From Pseudogymnoascus verrucosus (lineage: Eukaryota), in NCBI GenBank assembly GCA_001662655.1, contig KV460238.1: a DNA stretch of 64,000 nucleotides; one strand, given 5' to 3'. Made by a program: the position numbers and the translations under genes. The notes beneath the pieces are model-generated. The model searched no databases, was not told the origin of the DNA, and saw only the letters and a program-made list of their open reading frames with translations. This document shows positions 38,248 through 51,150 of this stretch, in pieces. Within the stretch, counting starts at the first letter, position 1. Every line of letters starts with the position of its first letter.

Positions 38248-40830
38248 TCAAAAAGATGAACTACTAGCAGATGTTAAGCTAGGTGCCGGTATTTTCACCG
38301 AACTTCGCCAAATTACCGCGTAAGAATCAACCTTATAGTCTGGGTCGACGCCGTCTGTGGTGACTAACAGCTTAACCACCGCCCCATGCTTGTATGCTAC
38401 AGCCCACGACAGCGGCGTCATGCCGTCATTGTCCTTGGAGTTGAGATCAATGCCGTTCATTGCAACTAGCAGTTTGACCACCGCCTCGTGCCCCTTAGCT
38501 GCAGCCGCTAACAGAGGCGTCTCACCGTCGTCGTCCTTGGAGTTTGGGTTGACACCGCCTATCAGGAGCAGCAATTTGACCACTCTCTCGTGTCCGTTTG
38601 CTGCTGCCCGCAAAAGCGGCGTCTTACCCTCGTTATCCTTGGAGTTGAGATCAATGCCATCCATTGCAGCTAGCAGTTCGACCACCTCCCCGTGCCCGTT
38701 CGCTGCAGCCAGCAACAGTGGTGTCTGACCGTAGGTGTCTTTCAAATCTAGATGACATCCATTTCGCAGTAAGCCCATCATCGCTTCCCCTAGTCCGAAG
38801 TATGCCGCAACGTGAACCCCTGTGGAGTGCGCTGGCACTCCCTCTCTGTACCAGGAGTTACCTCTTAAAGCTGTCATCGCCTGACTAGAGGCAGCCACCC
38901 GGGTGTCACGCTTGAGAAGTTGAAGAACTAGATACTTCTTCGTTGAAGCTACCCGAGCGTGATGTCCCCAATTTTGCGCGGCATAGTCATAAAGGACATT
39001 CTTCTGTAGTCTTGCCTTAAACTGCTCATCTGTAGAGCAAGAACCAGTAGCGAAAACATCAAATGATAGGTAAGTAACACAGGCAACCATGATATCTGTC
39101 TGTGCATAAGGAAACCAAAAAATCTGGGTCCGTTCAAAATATTCCTGAGTTGTATAATGGACCAAACGGACAGTAGCACTTTCTTTGTCTACAGTGACTA
39201 AACCAGCACACACCGAAATCATATCTTCAATGTCTGGAAGATTTTCTTCATCAAGCTCTAGCTTGCCAATTTCCACAGCAAGAGCGTGCCGAAGCTCTAT
39301 TGTAGTGAGATTTCTCTTAGCGCAGGTGATCCATGACAGAACTTGTTTAGCAAGCTCTCGAGAGTCTGTAATTTGACCTTCGATTCTCTCCATAGCTTCT
39401 TTATACGCATGATCATATGCTTCAGATCCTGTTGAGAGCCTTTCCAACGCAGTTCTAATTGCCTTTGGTGATTTTTTTCCAATTAGTGAAGTCAAGTGCA
39501 GCTGTGCAAGAAGGAACCTAAATGAATATGAGTTAGTTGCTCTACTATAATAGCGTGAGAAGGCACGTACATCCCGTCAACAGCCTTTATAATTTTATTC
39601 TTAATTTCCTCTTGTAGATCAGGACGGCGCATAACAAATGATGGTAGGTATGGCATATGTCCGTCTAGATATCTCTGGACATCTTCATTACTAGCGCGGA
39701 TTTCTAATGATGCACTTCCATTAAACTCTTCAATGATACTAGGGATGAACCGTGAAGTAGCGAAGAGACTTAGTCCAGTATTAGCTTGAAGGTTAAATAT
39801 CTCTGAAATGAATTTCCGGCGACTGCCACTAGAAAGTTGGCACTCGTCTAGCCCGTCAATAATAATGAAGGTTGTAGAATAACTAGCAATAGTGGATTGC
39901 AATACTTTCAAGACTTCGTCAAATGATGGCCGAGTCCGCTTGTTCTTATGGAGCTCATAAAGACTCTTTAGACTGTCCGGCACTGAAGGTTGTTCCTGAA
40001 CTAACTGTTTCAGTAGACTCGCCACTAAGTCTTCGAGCCTTTGGTCTTGCTGCTGTCGGAAGTTGAAATATAGATATGCAATACCAATAGTAGCATCATT
40101 CTGAAACCTACTACTAAGGTGTTCAATAACAACGGATGAGATAATTGTCTTGCCTGCTCCTGGAATGCCTGGACAGAACAAAGTCTGCTCGCGTTTGTTA
40201 ACCCACACCTGGAATTCGTTCGAATTTAATAGCCATTGCCCAGATCCTTCCTGCCGCCGACTAATGAAGTCGCTTTGCTGAGTGGCATAATTGACAGATG
40301 AAAGCCAATCGATGATAACTCGACACTCTTGATCCTGTTGGTGCTGTAACAAGTTGACCAGATTGTCTCTCGTAAGTCGGCCGTTAAAGGCATTTAGTAA
40401 CGTAATGTTTGAGCTAATACGGCTTCGAAGTTCCTTTATGTCCTCTGGCTCCCAATTGAATCTTTTCCAAACTCTTTTCATCCTCTTACCAACCCTCGCA
40501 GGATCTGAATTTAGTTCACCATACTTGTCTAGCAACTTTTCCAGATCGCTAAGAACATTGCGGCTACCCTTAGCAATATTATGCAACTCTATCTTCTGTT
40601 GGCTGCTAAGCTTCTGTTCTGGTAGGACGACCTCCACATCTTGGAGAACAATCGACAAGCTTCTAACTCTATTAAACCAAAATATTAGCATCTGTTAATT
40701 TATCGTCCTGGACAACTCACTCATTAGAAATGCCCTTTAATTGGCTTGGAGCAGTAGCAAATTCCTTGCGAATTTTGTTGGCAAGCTCAATCGCCGTGAT
40801 AAAATCGCCTACACTGAAACCAAAGCTCAT
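38248..40830 (-). CDS. Fungal NLR: HeLo-like N-terminus + NACHT + winged helix + ankyrin repeats; exons 40830-40721, 40668-39571, 39517-38248
   Basis: [10 protein letters not shown] start, Walker A GIPGAGKT, Walker [20 protein letters not shown] across an intron, [12 protein letters not shown], about five ankyrin units (GxTPLLxAAxxGH). Confidence 0.9.
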
Positions 40831-41369
40831 TGTGACCTTAAAACCAGTGCCCTTACCATGGTGTAAAAAGGAAGGCTTGACAGCGAAGAGAAACCTGTCA
40901 ATATATTTGTCACTTAAAGCCTTAGTGGGGCAATTGTGGCGGCAGCTGACTATCGTGCATAAGTGCCTAACATGGGTATAGAAGACTTGCAAGGCTCTCA
41001 TGCCTCCAGTAGGGTAGATAGTAGAAAGCGGCTCAAAAAGAGTCTAACAGAGATCGTCACGGTTGCACACGTAAAAAGACCTGTTTGAGAACACTATTGT
41101 TTAGCTCACATAGATGGATCGGGCTATCGGTGAGGCAGATTCAGAGATTAGCAAACCATTTCCTGTTTTTAAACGCATACAAACAAGTTCCGATGTACAG
41201 AATATATATTTTCATGCAGGTTGCCAAGGCAGATTTCAGGAATCAGCCAACCATTTTGCGTTTGACGCGCTCACATACACTACACCCCCGTATGCTAAGC
41301 CGGAGTTGGCATTAGTCGTAAGCACAGACGACGAGGGATGATAAAAGCACTCGAGAAGTCAGAAAACAG

Positions 41370-42146
41370 TTAGGACACAGCAAGCCTTCATCAACTCGGA
41401 AACTCAGAAACTCAAAACTGTCAACACTGAAACCCAAAGCCTTGAAACTAGAACACTCAAAGCCTAAAGACTAAAAACCTAAATTGTTAAAAAAAAAATC
41501 TTGCTCTAATTTTGAGGTAGCGTGCTGATAAAGATATTACCATCACGAACCTAGGGTGATGGTTGCGAGTTGCTATTATGCTGCATCCATAATATACAAG
41601 GATAGATGCCTTTGGGCGGGTAGTAAAGCGCGGACATTGGCTATGCACCTGCAACTTATAGCAGGGGCCGGACGCTCCGAACCAATTATTTGGCTTGAAT
41701 CACGCATTCCCATGCCACATCCAACTCATTTCCAGGCAACCAAGTGCCAACATGTCGCTGCTTTTCCCAGGCTTCCGAAAGGAGAAATCAGGAAATGGTA
41801 AACCGGCATTAGGGGGCCCAAAGTCCAGCGGCATCGATGGATTAATACCACTAAACCACTGATGCCGGATTCCTGATAAAAAATTATCATATTCCGTTCC
41901 ATGTTAGCGGGCCCGGCTGCTTTTACCACTACCCTTTTCGGTTTTCGCGACTACGCAAAAGCAGCCGCCCGTTTCTCGTTTTCTCGTTCCCTATTTCTGC
42001 ACCATCTAACACAACATTCCGTTTCTGGTTTCTAGACCCTAGAATGTTGGGCGTCCCTAGTAGGTTTCCGATTCTAGGATTTAGCTTTCTGTGCGCACAA
42101 TACTATAGACATTATGTTAGCGCGTAGCCTACTCCCGATTTAGTGT
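41370..42146 (+). repeat. Dispersed non-coding repeat, copy B (longest)
   Basis: Aligns with copy C from ATCAACTCGGAAACT onward and with copy A through the 3' end. Confidence 0.85.
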
Positions 42147-42147
42147 C

Positions 42148-43254
42148 TAGTACCACCTTGCCAACTAGTATACTAAGTGTAACCTCCAAGCTGTCTAGTA
42201 CATTACAACCAGTGAAAATGGTTGGACTACTAATGTAGTAGGCCTAGATTGGATGAAGCACTTCAAATACCACATAGCGTCCTAGACAAAGGGCAAATAC
42301 TAGTTGTTGATCCTCGACGGCCACGAAAGCCACCACTCGACCGAATTCGAGCTCTAGTGCTAGCAGAACAACATCATCACGCTCTGCATGCCTCTGCATT
42401 CTTTGCACTACCTCCAGCCATTTGATGTCGGCTGCTTTAGGCCGCTAAAGCAGGCATACGGTCGCTAGATTAAGGACTTGATGCGCATGCATATCAACCA
42501 CGTGAGTAAGCTTGAGTTCCTTTGTGCCTTTCGTGAGGCCTTCTTCGCCTCTATAACGGAGAAAAACATACAGGGTAGCTTTGCAGGTGCTGGCCTTGTG
42601 CCGTACGATCCAGAGAGGGTGCTTTCTAAGCTAGATGTGAAGCTTCGTACGCTAACACCCCTAAACTCGTGGGCTGGCACTCCACAGCCCTAGGTCTTCC
42701 AGACACCACACAACCCCCGAGAAGCTAATTCGCAGTCAACGCTCATTAAGACTCGCATTGCCAATCATCAAAATAGCTCCCCAACTTCAATGTTAGCCGC
42801 TATAGACCAGCTTGCTAAGGGTACAACAGCTATGATGCACCAGGTGGCTCTCCTTCGTGCAGAGAACGCTTCACTCCGCAAGGCTAACGAGGCCCTAAGC
42901 AAGCGCCAGAGAGCCAAGAAAACACGTGTGCAGCTCGGAGGGTCACTTAGTGTACAAGATGCGCAAGATCTAGTAGACCAGAATGTAGTAGGTAGGGAGG
43001 GAGCGCAAGAAATGCAGCCGGATGGTAGTGGTGCAGGGGGGCTTCGTGCGAAGGTTCGGTGCTGTGGTGTGTGCGGCAAGCCTGGTCATAATGCACGTAC
43101 TTGTCAAAAGGCTATAGATTCATCTGATTTAGCTGTTTCTAATGTAATTATAGTTGGTTCCTAGTGTTGATGTATTGCAATTAAGGACAGCTTGTCATAG
43201 TGTGGTGGGAAGTGCGGCGCTCGCTGATATGCGGCGCTCGCTGATAAGATACGT
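42148..43254 (+). mobile_element. Fot1/pogo (Tc1-mariner) transposon, 3' fragment with right terminus, RIP-mutated
   Basis: DDE_1 motifs SENGWTTN, LILDGHESH, HYLQPFDVGCFRPLK; zinc knuckle CGVCGKPGHNARTC; in-frame TAG stops; end with TGCGGCGCTCGCTGATA x2 then ACGT|TA. Confidence 0.88.
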
Positions 43255-43602
43255 TATATTATTCTATTTACTGTATCCTACTGTTAAAGCTTCTGTTTCA
43301 CTGCCAAAGTCCTCCCACCAACACTAATATAGCAAATGTAAGATTTAAATTTCGACATTGAAAGAGTAGTTCGATTGTGAAGACGCATATATCTATCGAA
43401 ATAAGAGCCTCTCTTTGAAGTTATGTGTCACCATTGATGGCCGATTTGGCGACCTTGATCGACGCGTCCTGCGGCCCGTGCACCAAAACAACAGGCATCC
43501 GGGGGATTCTTCAGTTATCCTTCAGAAACCCCGACTTCTCCAACTCGAATATCTCTCCTCCCATCTCCATTAAATTCTGGAACCACTTGAAAATTCTTCA
43601 AA

Positions 43603-45462
43603 ATGCCGCCTAAAAGAAAAGCTCCCCTCGCAACAGCAGACGCCAACACGCTCGACACTCCAGCTCTAAAGAAAGCAACCAAAGGCAAAAGGACGACTAA
43701 TGGTGCCCCATCTGCACCGGCTGCCCAGAATAAATACAAATATTCGGGCCCTGGTAGTGTATATAAACCGTATTCCATCAAAGGATTCATACTGACGTTT
43801 CTCGTAGATGGTTAATCAAGGACCTGTCGATATTACGTTCGTCATGTGGCCAGGGATTAAAGGCACCGAGGAAGAAGAAGTCGAGGATGACAAGGATGAC
43901 GAGGAAGACGACAAACCCGAATCTGGATCTCTGCAGGAAACTCTAGATGGGATCGAGAACGAGAGGAGAAAGGCAGTCAATGAAGCCATCAATGCTCGAA
44001 TGAACAATAATACCGTGTCAAGCTCGGAGATACGCAACATACGAGACGAGAAGTCGAAACCCTTCGAAAAGAAGGCGGAGCAGGCTAGAAAGAAGTTTCT
44101 GAAGGCGAAAACCATGACAGCAGAGGAGGCAAGGGCAACAGTGGGGGTGGATGATGCAACCCGCAATGAGAAAACAAAGGCTAAGAAGAATTGTCAGGAG
44201 AGGCTGAATGAGATCTGCAGGGAGAGGAACATGGCCGTTCATAACGCTCTTAATTCCGATAAGAAGAGCTACATATCAGTTAGGGAGGGACAAGCCAGAA
44301 TTGCGAAGGCGGAGAAGCGATTTTTGAAGAAAATGGACGAATGCAGGGGTGCTGTTGCGAAGTATACCCCTTTGACAATGGAGGAGGCAAAGGAGATTGT
44401 GCCTAATGTCGAGGTGGATGATGAGGGTAACGAAATCACCAAGAAAAGTGCGGCACAGGCCAAAAAGGATGCCAGGACAAAGACCTTTGTACCTCCCAGA
44501 GTCGTCACTGATGAGGGCCTCCCAGTTAGCAGGGCTGGAATGGAGAAGTTCATTGAGATCAATCAGGAGATAGATAAGCGCAACCAGGATGTCCACGGCT
44601 TGTATATATACAATGATTTCTCTGGATACGGTGTTACGGAAGTGATGGAGAATTTGGTATGCCAAAGTGCCTTTATCTGGCTGATAATCTCCCGGGGCGC
44701 ACATTGTTGTAAGAAAGTTGACATTTTGCTAATATACATTAATAGCTGGCGGAGTTCAACAAGTCGATCTTCAAGAAAGACATTTCCCCACTTAAGAAAT
44801 GGGCAATTGTCGAGGGCCTCACCCTCTACCTTACAATGGGCGACCTCAGGGTATGGATGAGTACGTTTAGTACCCTTCTAACAATGTTCCCCTTCCCTAG
44901 CCCCATTACTCTTTCCCCAACCACCTAACACGCAGCTAGTGAACGATGATTCCGAAGGCATAGAGGAAGTTTTCAATATGATGGGCGTCATGTTTGTTAC
45001 AGCTCTAGAAATGCTTCACGAATCCGCACTCATCGGCCCCACATCACCGTTGCCAGACAACGTCGGCGTCCTGAGCTTATTATTTCTCAACTTCGTGATG
45101 ATTGGGTGCACTGATTATGATCTCGAGTGGGCGCATGAAGTTGTGAGAGCGGCTGATGAGTACGGTGTGGTTCTTACTCCGATGAAGCAGGTTGAGGATG
45201 TGACCCAGGATAGGCTGGACGAGTTGAGAGATATATGCGAGAAAACCAAGAAGGGGAAGGGGCTTTTTTGGAAGACTGAGGTAAGGTAAGATACCGCGTG
45301 AGAGAAATGTATGCTAATCTTATTGTGCGATAGTACCCTAAGTTTAAGAGGGATCATCCAGGTGGTCGTAAATATGATATTACCAAGATGTCCACGGCCC
45401 AGAAGGCTCAGTATGAGTTTGGCAACGTGAGTGAAGATTCGGAAGTCGAAGACTTGGACTAA
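43603..45462 (+). CDS. Hypothetical protein; exons 43603-43758, 43808-44656, 44746-44860, 44940-45280, 45334-45462
   Basis: Four canonical introns give one continuous frame. NLS-like MPPKRKA, charged helical middle, KRNQDVHGLYIYNDFSGYG and GGRKYDITKMS motifs. Confidence 0.75.
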
Positions 45463-45855
45463 TAAACGGGGGTTCCCACTCTTCCCGCCCTACAGGCGGT
45501 AATCGGCGAAAGCGGATTGTAGCGCGCAAGCGGTTCGTAGCTCTAGTAACATCAAAATACATATTTTAAAGAGAAGGATGTCATTAGGGAATGCTTTCTA
45601 AAGAGCGTTCCCTGCCCGTACTACTGCCATAAGTTAAGTTAAGTTCAGTTTATTTGTAAACTTCTCGCTATATGCTACAAGCTATCCTAATTGTTCAGAG
45701 TGTTGGCCGTAGATTCCGAGCTTAAAAACTCCTGAGTCGCAACTGATCGAGCCTGAGATTTCCAGCATTGCTGCCTTCTCCTCCGACGCCTTCTCGTCCA
45801 CCCCATCCCGAGCTGCCCCTCTATCTTCCTTCGCCTTCCATCCCTATTCTTTGCT

Positions 45856-46210
45856 GTGGTTGAGGTCGTCGCACAGCTCGGGTACGATGTTATCTTTATC
45901 GACCAGGAGCACTCGCCCATGGACATCGGCGAGATGACGCGCATGGCGCTTGATATCCAGTTGATCAGTGAGGGAAGGACTATTGCTAAGATGGCTAAGA
46001 ACATCCCCCCCCCTCCCAATTCCCTGCCCCACGGCGCGGTGCTAATGACGACAGAATTTGCGACCATGACCACGCCACTATCGGGTACGCCCTCGACACC
46101 GATGCTAGCATCATGGTTTCGCAGGTTGAGACAGCCGAGGATGCAAAGCACGTCGTTTCAGCCGCCAAATTCGGGATGAAGATCAAAGGCACCCGCTCCG
46201 CGCCGCCTGA
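45856..46210 (+). pseudogene. HpcH/HpaI aldolase family fragment
   Basis: AQLGYDVIFIDQEHSP, then in another frame IGYALD..SIMVSQVETAEDAKHVVSAAKFG...GTRSAPP; truncated at both ends. Confidence 0.7.
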
Positions 46211-47287
46211 CCAACCCTGGATGGTTCTATGTCTATTGGCCTCGTCATCCGTTACAGCTGCGATCCACGCCTTTTCTACGACAAGACGAGCTTCGTGTGG
46301 CTATGGCGATAGCCCCTTTCCGCCGCCTAGAACAGCAAGGGGACAAGTCGATGGTTGCCCCTTTTCTCTCCTTTTCTTTTCGGCCACCTGTCTTGCCACC
46401 GAAGCTCGACGCTTCTGCATGGAGTGCCGGAGCTAGGATTTTCCGTTCGAAGTTGGTGAAGAGGGCCAGAACTTTGTCGTAGTCGATGATGTTCGAGAAA
46501 CCTGCCCTTACGCCACGCGCATGACATTTCACGGTACACACGTGACAAGGCTTGAGAATAGTGGCTGAGTATTAGCAGGCACTAAATCCTGAAGCTAAAA
46601 CATGTGGCGTTTTGTGCCCCCCTCTCCTCCCATGGCGTAACTCCCCGACGGCTTTATTCTCCTCTCTGAGTGACTTCAAAACTTGGAGCCATATTATTTC
46701 TTCATGGAACCTTTCCCTACGTGCTCTGAAATTTAAAGAGACTGTAATTATCGCAATTGAGCAGGGGGAACAGCCGAAGCAGCAATCAGTGGCGTAATTG
46801 AAACAATCGACAGTATGATCAGCTACAGTCTATTTCTTGCTGCTAACTGGTCTCCTTATGGAGCAATGGTTAAGAATAATGATATATTAATAATAACTTC
46901 GTAGACATGCCAAGAATTTTTTCGAGACTCCTAAAGCATAGATTCGTCCCGTGACAGGGTGCGTCCCTGGACCAAGAGATAGACGTTACCTATCATTTTT
47001 TTCGGCACGGTGGTTTTTTCGTTACTTAGGGGCAGACGTTACAGATTTTGAGATGCTTGAAGTCAAAGTACCCATCGTTTTTCTCGGCACAGTTGGTTTC
47101 TCGCTACGTATGGACGGACGTTAACACATGATTGTAGCGGTATAATCAGGCCTTCCACCATTTCGAGCTACTCGCCTCAACAAAAATTGTATTCCATTAC
47201 TGGGATTTTTCGCTATGCAGGAAAAAGAAACTTACCGCCTAGATATACTACTATATATACGCTTGAAACGGCATCAACTATGAGGCT

Positions 47288-49418
47288 CTAATCGGGTCTA
47301 GAACCGGATTCCAATCTCGTATACGCATCCGTAAGCAACTCTAGCGACATAAGTCGATTAGGATCGCCTTCTCCAAATACGTTCTCCTCCACAGCCACTA
47401 CATGTTCAAGTAGCTGGATTGCTTCTTTCACAATTTCACCGTCTAGGTATGCGCTTGCGAGTTCGTGCTCTGACGCCAATCGAGAGTGGTCCTCGTCCGC
47501 TAGCGTCCTCTTTCGTACCGCCACGACGTGCTCGAAGATCTCAATCGCCTCCTTAATCCGTCTGTCATCTAGGTATGCCTTTGCAAGTTCGTGCTCTGAC
47601 GCTAATCGAGAGTGGTTATCTTCAGTAAAATGGTCCCTCCTCTAGTCTCTCGCTGCTTCGAAACATCTTATTGCTTCTTTAAATCGTCTATCCAGACCCA
47701 AGCACAACCCCACTGTCATAAACAGATCGTACCTCTCCGCTATTTGACACCAGCTACTTCTATTTAGTGCCTGGAGTCCGTGTGGTACGTACCCTCTCCA
47801 TTTTTCGTGCCTCGTCCGACCACTGGGGGGAAATGCATTCTCAATATGGCGTATCGCATCTATTGTCGTCTGTTCTATAAGGCCTTCGCTTTCCAGCCAT
47901 ACCCGCGTCGCCACATGCACGAGACTGTGCATATCAAACATCTCCTCATCTCCTCATCTCCTCGTTCCGACAGGAAAGCATATCCCCGGAGAGTCCCAAT
48001 CGCATACTCCATAACTTCCTCTGGCCCCACTTCCGGCAGAATCGACCGCGGGATCGCCTTCGGTTCGATACAGGACACAAGGCCTAATATGGACGCTGCA
48101 GCCTTGTCAGATCTTTGGATCTGAGCAAATGACACAAGCCATGTCGTCGCTACCGCGTTTTGGGAACCTTCGTACCGCGTCCTGTCGTGGAACTCTCGGC
48201 TCACCTTGCTCTGTTCCGTTCCCCGTAACAGTCCCAGGTATTTTCGAAGGGAGATTTGGTTCTGGTTAAGATATGCCACCGCCTGAGCAATAGCTAGTGG
48301 AAGATACGTAAGTTCCCGAAGGAGCTCTACAGTTGTTGCTTTATCCTGAAGCAGTTCCTTCCGAGCCAACGATATCTCCATGAAGACCGTTGCCTCTTCT
48401 TGGCTCATCTCTCGCAGATCAATAAGATGGCTCCCGGCCACTGCCACAGCCACTTCTCTCGATCGTGTCGTAAATACCACTCGGCCACTCTCGCTCTCGG
48501 GAAGATACCGATATATGCCGCGCTTCTCATTCGATCCCATCACCACCTCCATATCATCCGCGTTGTCTACGATGAGAAGCCACTTTCCAGCTTTCTCCGA
48601 ATGGAGGTGACGGCGAACCAGATCCTTGACGTCTTCGTCCTCTTTGCTTTTATTTACGCCAAGCTCCTGAGCCAATTCTGCGTACGCCTTCTCAAAACTC
48701 GCTTCACTAAGTGATGCTACCCAGAAGATCGAATATCCTTGTTTGTTCGCCTTAACCAAATACGCAAACTGCAATGCCACCTGAGTCTTTCCAATACTGC
48801 CCAGACCAACGAGTGCCACCGCTTCGCACTTTTGACTGAATAGCTTCTTCTCGAGTGTCTCGAGTATAGTGGCTCGTCCGACAAACCGCCTATTCTTTAC
48901 GAATGGCAAACAGTAACTTGGTTTGTAGATTGGATCTAACGTATTAGATAGTAAGAGTGGATAAGGAATCATATCCTAGTTGGACCCACTACTATCGGCT
49001 CCGTTTATTCCTACCGCGAGAGCTTCTCTGCTCGCTGGCATAACCCGACCTTCCCCACTCGTTAAATCTAGAGTGTACTCTGATCTCATCAGGTTCTACG
49101 CACCTGTCGTTGATCTGGTCTCGCCATCCCACCTCATCAGGTCTCCAACTAGCCGCTTAAAGCCATTGTCGTTCTCCGTCCTGAACTTAACCATATCGCT
49201 GTGGTTGGCGTGCACACTGACCGACGTGTAGCCTTCGAGTGTAGCCGACTCCTTGGAAACGATTTGCCCAACCACCGGTAATGGCAGCTCTTCGAAGAAA
49301 CATAGATCTCCAGCCGTCTGCCGCTCTCCCGTTGCCCTCTAACCATCGACCAGAATCTGACATTGATCGACTCAAGTAGCTGGTTGTTCGTCGACTTCAA
49401 GACTCCAAGTGACCTCAA
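47288..49418 (-). pseudogene. Decayed NLR: SesB-like alpha/beta-hydrolase remnant + NB-ARC + TPR
   Basis: FEELPLPVVGQIVSKESA...HANHSDMVKF hydrolase end; P-loop GLGSIGKT, WLLIVDNADD, FTTR, LPLAI; 8-bp duplication frameshift at ~47945; TAG at 47642; two 42-aa TPR units (HSRLASEHELA); 5' end missing. Confidence 0.82.
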
Positions 49419-50174
49419 AAATCATCAGAGCCGCTTCTGGGTGTTCTTTTACGTGTTTGATAATAGTGGCGATCGCATTAGCGTACGTATATTCTCCCCG
49501 TCTAACTTCCTCAGCGTAGGCAGAACGGAAAAATTCGCAACTTCCTATGTTGCGGACGCCTTGGAAAGCCTCCATTCGGCAAACAGTCAAAAGGGTTCTT
49601 CGGTCTGTAATTTTGGATATAACTCGGAAAAGTATTTCGGGAGGTGATTGGGGCAAATCAACAGCGCCACCAAGGTGTGAGGGAAGGCGTTGCTTCTTTC
49701 CCGGCAATTCGGTTGCCTCGTCATCCCCAATCTGTATAGGTTTCCTATGCACTCTTAGCACGGCTCAGTACGCAAATGTTGATATTCTTAACTCGAGACA
49801 AGGCCGATCGTCGCCTTCAGTATCTGATACCAGGATATATTGCATGTTGCTGTCACACTTAGTCCTTCCTTTAAGATAGTCCAACGGGTTTTGCCGGGAG
49901 TGTATAATCTCAGCTGCCTGTTCTGGAAGGGCAACGTAGATTGTTGTAGAATCGCGGTAAAAAATTGATGAAGTTGTTCAAAGAACTTGGGGTGAGACCA
50001 TGCTTAGTCGATGGATGGCACGACAGTATTCAGGGAACCAGTCAACCGTTTTCGCGCTTCTTAGGTTGCTGTTGGTTGCGAGGTTCCAGTGTCAGGCCAG
50101 GGGTTACGTGAGCTCTGGGCCTCGGGGCAGGTTTCCGAACGAGAAGAGGCAGTACAGGTAAAAGCACCGAAGCC

Positions 50175-50410
50175 ACCCAACCATCTCCCGTTTCCATGAA
50201 GCCGCCGCCGTGATCGAAGATACAGGATGCGGCCGTTCGAGAGGCCCGAGGCAGATATCACAATCGACCAACCATTCCCCGTTTTCATGAAGCCGCCGCC
50301 GTGATGCGGCCTTTGGAAAGGCCCGAGGCAGGTTGGGAAATCGACCAACCATTCCCCGTTTCCGCTGTCGTCATCGCAGACATTGGATGTGGCCTTTCGA
50401 GAGGTTACAG
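50175..50410. repeat. About 2.5-3 tandem units of ~80-90 bp with GGCC hairpins
   Basis: CCAACCATTCCCCGTTT and variants three times, CATGAAGCCGCCGCCGTGAT twice, GGCCTTTGGAAAGGCC inverted repeat and variants. Confidence 0.75.
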
Positions 50411-50474
50411 AATTGGCCAAGATCACGAGTTGCCATATTAATTCTAAGTGTCGGTCAAGCCAAGAATCCAAGCT

Positions 50475-51150
50475 TGGGACACGACAAGGGTCTATCAACT
50501 CGGAAACTAAAAACCGTTAACGCTGAAACCCAAAACCTTGAAATCAAAAAATAACTTGCTCCAATTTTGAGGTAGCGGGCTGACAGAGATGTTACCATCA
50601 CGAACCTGGGGGTGACAGTTGCGAGTTGCAATTATACTGCATCCACAATATACAAGGATGGATGCCTTTGGCCACAATATACGAGGATGGATGCCTTTGG
50701 GCGGGTAGTAAAGCGCGCACATTGGCTATGCACCTTCAAGCTGCGGTTACGGAGCTGAATGCTCTGAACCAGTTACTAGTCTTGAATCACGCGTACCCAT
50801 GTCGACTACAACTTTTTTCTAGGCAACCGAGCGTCAAAATGTCGCCGCTTTTCCCAGACTTCAGAGAGGAGAAATCAGGAAATGGTAAATCGGCATTAGG
50901 GGGCCCAAAGTCGAGCGGCATCGATGGATTTTACCACTAAACCACTGATGCTAGATTCCTGTTGACCAATTACTGTATTTCGTTCTATGTTAGCGGGCCC
51001 GGCTGCTTTTACCACCACAACATCTTTCAGTTCTCGCGACCACACAAAAGCAGCCGCCCGTTTCTCGTTTTCCCATTCCCTACTTCTGATCATCCAACAC
51101 AACATTCCGTTTCTAGCTTCTACATCCTGGACTGTTATGCGTCCCCAGTG
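50475..51150 (+). repeat. Dispersed non-coding repeat, copy C (internal 29-bp tandem duplication 50643-50700)
   Basis: Colinear with copy B; CCACAATATAC(A/G)AGGATGGATGCCTTTGG occurs twice. Confidence 0.85.

Noticed and set aside
41726..41929. Similar short ORFs (VKAAGPAN...) in repeat copies B, C and D
   Set aside because: Frames, starts and stops differ between copies; the similarity just reflects the DNA repeat.
46240..46550. Coding-like fragment on the minus strand
   Set aside because: Frame-disrupted, with no family I can recognise.
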